From contig CATNEN010000007.1 of NCBI GenBank assembly GCA_950097015.1, forward strand, positions 8,742,001-8,806,000: DNA of 64,000 nucleotides, in the 5' to 3' direction. The translations under genes and the position numbers were made by a program. The notes beneath the pieces were generated by a model that saw nothing but the letters and a program-made list of their open reading frames with translations, made no database searches and was not told where the DNA came from. Positions 60,467 to 64,000 of the stretch are shown here, piece after piece (the first letter of the stretch is position 1; each line of letters opens with the position of its first letter). Source of the DNA: Macrostomum hystrix. Its lineage: Eukaryota; Animalia; Platyhelminthes.

Positions 60467-63400
60467 ATGCAGAGGCTCTTCGGTGCACCTTCAGGTGCTG
60501 GAGGTGGCCGTGGATCAAAGCAGCCAACACTAAATGATGCTATTGCAAATGTAAGTTTGTAAGTTGCATGGTTTATTTGTATTTAACAAATCTCATGATT
60601 AAAATTCAAATTAAATTTTCACTTAGCTGAAACTAAAAACGCTTGCAGTCTATAAATCAAAGAAATGGAACTTATGTGCATTTATAACTTCAGATTATAC
60701 AAAAATATAAAAAGCAGGTATTTCCTAGGCCCTAATAAATAGTTAAGGCCTTGTCTGCCTAGACAAACATAAGTGAATGATAAGGTAGCTAGCTTGAAAA
60801 TATGAAACTTTCAACTAAAAGGGCAAAATATGTTATTGCTTACTTTTAATTAAACATGTAGGGGGGCCTATGTTTTTAGGATTTAGTTTTTGCTTTTTTG
60901 AGGCAATAAGGCCTACCAGCCCTACCTTATTTGGTATTGTAAATAATTTTTGTTTGTACTTGTGCTATTAAGATTAGCTGAGCCTAAAGTAGACCAGGCT
61001 CTTTTTTAGAGAGATGGGTATGGACACTTCATTGACCTACAACTACATCATTGTTATCTTCCTATTTTTGGACATTTTGTTGTCTAACATTTCATAATCT
61101 GCTTAGAAACTGATGTGTATATTTTATTCATATTCATTACCATAGTCTTGACTGTCTAGATCATGCTGGGTGCATACAAAAAATTGAAAGGCTTAAGTGC
61201 ATGTTAAAACTGTTTTGCATGCCAGAAAGTTAGAAGAAATAATCAAATATGATGAAAGGCAGTGAAAAATAATATTTTTCTATTGTCTATTTAACCTCAT
61301 TTAATTTTTTCTATTAGTCATTAGTACTAAATGTGCATTGTACCCAGCTTGAGCACTAAGTTTGCATACCAAGAATTGAATGTGAGGCAAGTGCATGCCA
61401 AATAGTACAAACAACACCAATGCATGCTAAATAGTACAAACAACACCAATGCATGCTAAATAGTACAAACAACACCAATGCATGCTAAATAGTACAAACA
61501 ACACCAATGCATGCTAAATAGTACAAAAAACACTAATGCATGCCAAATAGTACAAACAACACTAGGCCTAATGCATGCTAACTAGTACAAACAACACCAA
61601 TGCATGCTAAATAGTACAAACAACACTAATGCATGCCAAATAGTACAAACAACATCAATGCATGCTAAATAGTACAAACAACACTAATGCATGCCAAATA
61701 GTACAAACAACACTAGGCCTAATGCATGCTAAATAGTACAAACAACACCAATGCATGCTAAATAGTACAAACAACACCAATGCATGCTAAATAGTACGAA
61801 CAACACCAATGCATGCCAAATAGTACAAACAACACCAATGCATGCTAAATAGTACAAACAACACCAATGTATGCCAAATAGTACAAACAACACCAATGCA
61901 TGCCAAATAGTACAAACAACACTAGGCCTAATGCATGCTATATAGTACAAACAACACTAATGCATGCTAAATAGTACAAACAACACCAATGCATGCCAAA
62001 TAGTACAAACAACACCAATGCATGCCAAATAGTACAAACAACACTAATGCATGCCAAATAGTACAAACAACACTAGGCCTAATGCATGCTAAATAGTACA
62101 AACAACACCAATGCATGCCAAAAGTTTTGGGCATATACTATATAATCCAGACAAGATTCATTATTACAATTTTATAGCTATGCAAGCTATTATTTATGAT
62201 TACAGCATCTTCAATGATGGTGTAAAAAGTCTTACTGTATTACTTAATTTTTTATCTATCAAATGAGTAAATCATAAATGAATACTTTCACTTAAATCTA
62301 ATGAAACTTTGTAAAACCAAAAAGTTCCAGAAAGTTTGTTTCTTTATATTTAGCTACATTTGTCAAACTACATTGTAGAAGCCTAGAATTCCATATTGTA
62401 TTTTTTTATTCTAACTATGCTCATCTTAAAAAATAAACCTGATACACATATTTATACCTTAACTATGCCAATATCATTTAGGCATCCAAACAATGGGCAT
62501 TTTTTGAATAATCTTAAATTAACATTAACTAGGCTATGTAAATGCACATGTTTTAATGTGTATGGGTGGAGTGCCCTAAGAGTTAAAGCTCATATTGATG
62601 ATAGAAATGGGTTAGGTGGAACTAAAATATATTGTGTTGAAAATTTTTGGTCCTTAGTCCTTTGCAAATCCTCTGTTGATCCATAGGCAAATAAAAAAAA
62701 ATTGAAATATATAAAGCATGCCATCCCTAGTACGCTCTTAAAGTTAATTGAATATTATGTTTTAGAAACTAAAATTAGTTTGAACATTATTGTTTGAACT
62801 GCTACGACTTGATAATTGCAGGAGGGCTATGGGAAATAGCATAAAATTGGTGACACTAGACCTGCAGCTGCCCACGAAGGTTGCTTGTGCAGAGGCAATT
62901 CTGCCAATTTCGCTGACTCCTGAGCACACACGCACAGATACTGTACATAGGCACACACTCACACAGGTATGAACATCTGCCCTGACTTTCTCATTGTCAG
63001 GCAGAATACACTTCACAGTGCCTTGGAGGTTGGCCCTCAAAAACATAAAGTGCACAACAAGCCCTTCAGCCTTCTCTCTGCGGCTGCGCCCCAAATGAAT
63101 GTGGCCTCACCACGGAATCAAGCACAGGGACCTTAGTGCAAGAGGCAAACACGTTAAGGGCTCTTCCACTCCCTGCTAGGTCTTGATTTCCACAAGGTAA
63201 ATTATTACCTAGCTATTAATCAAATTAAAAGGAGCAGTAAAAAATAAAGAACTAAACCAGTGCCCAAAAAACGCAATTATCAGTCCTAAACCCGAATCTT
63301 GACAATGCGTATTCATAAGCATCATGTCAAACTCCAATTTTCTTACACACTTTCTTTCTAGCAGACAGGTACCGAAATGTATGGAATCCCTAGCAGATTC

Positions 63401-63881
63401 GTTCCATACTCGTCTATCTACTCAGAGTAGACACATTCTCATTAAAAAGTATGATATTAGTTTTTCAGGTAAATCTCCTGATTCAGGGAGGTCCTTTTAT
63501 GGAATAAAATGCACGAAACAATTTCCTCATCGACCCCGCCCATCACTCTCTCAGATCGACAGCCGAGGCGAATCCATCGAGAAGAAGATCGCCCGGCTGG
63601 ACAAGGAGCTGGCCGTCTATCGCGATCAGATGGCGAAAATGCGCGACGGCCCGTCCAAAAACCAGATCAAACAGAAGGCCTTGCGGGTGCTCAAACAGAA
63701 GAGAAGCTACGAAATGCAACGGGAGCAGCTCATGCAGCAGAGCTTCAACATGGAGCAGACCAACTTTGCCATCCAGACTCTCAAGGACACGAAGACTTCG
63801 GTTGAGGCCATGAGAGGCGGCGTCAAGGAGTTCAAGAAGAGCTATCGCACCGTCAACCTGGACAAGATTGAGGATCTGCAG
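60467..63881 (+). CDS. CHMP5: Charged multivesicular body protein 5 (ESCRT-III, Vps60), first two exons; continues past the window
   Basis: Exon 60467-60550 MQRLFG...PTLNDAIAN|GTAAGT; exon 63555-63881 [16 protein letters not shown]...[12 protein letters not shown]...[11 protein letters not shown]...LKDTK...KIEDLQ|GT. Confidence 0.94.
61392..62121. repeat. 29-bp minisatellite in CHMP5 intron 1
   Basis: Unit tgcatgctaaatagtacaaacaacaccaa. Confidence 0.93.
62810..63172 (-). mobile_element. tRNA-derived SINE family A copy with CpG decay, in CHMP5 intron 1
   Basis: Aligns with the 23795 and 47970 copies along the full body. Confidence 0.75.
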
Positions 63882-63890
63882 GTGACAGAA

Positions 63891-64000
63891 ATTCGGGATC
63901 CTCAGTTTCTTAGCTGTGGGATTCGGGATCCTCAGTTTCTTAGCTGTGGGATTCGGGATCCTCAGTTTCTTAGCTGTGGGATTTGGGATCCTCAGTTTCT
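63891..64000. repeat. 30-bp minisatellite at the start of CHMP5 intron 2; runs off the window
   Basis: Unit attcgggatcctcagtttcttagctgtggg. Confidence 0.9.

Overview
Animal (metazoan) genomic DNA with GT-AG introns, GC-rich exons, AT-rich gene starts and many minisatellites. The style suggests an invertebrate, possibly a free-living flatworm such as Macrostomum; this is inference only. Gene order: intronless Fip1 (+); a small single-pass membrane protein exon (+); a Tc1/IS630-type MITE; an intact Ty3/gypsy LTR retrotransposon (-, identical 185-bp LTRs, GTCCG TSD); a calmodulin-like gene (+); an 8-exon ERM (moesin/ezrin/radixin) gene (+) with repeat-filled introns and a second Tc1-type MITE; SPEF1 (-); an orphan neurexin/Caspr-type TM+tail exon (+); a solo LTR nested in a dispersed repeat; two secreted PAN/Apple + C-type lectin genes and one internally deleted relic (-); an intronless AMPA/kainate-type glutamate receptor with unusual pore residues (-); a long non-coding, satellite-rich region; and the 5' part of CHMP5/Vps60 (+). 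No prokaryotic-type system is present. The most interesting leads are two coding exons that begin at phase-0 acceptors without a clear start exon, the receptor's N at the Q/R site with an altered SYTANLAAF motif, and CpG decay of a SINE copy inside a gene.
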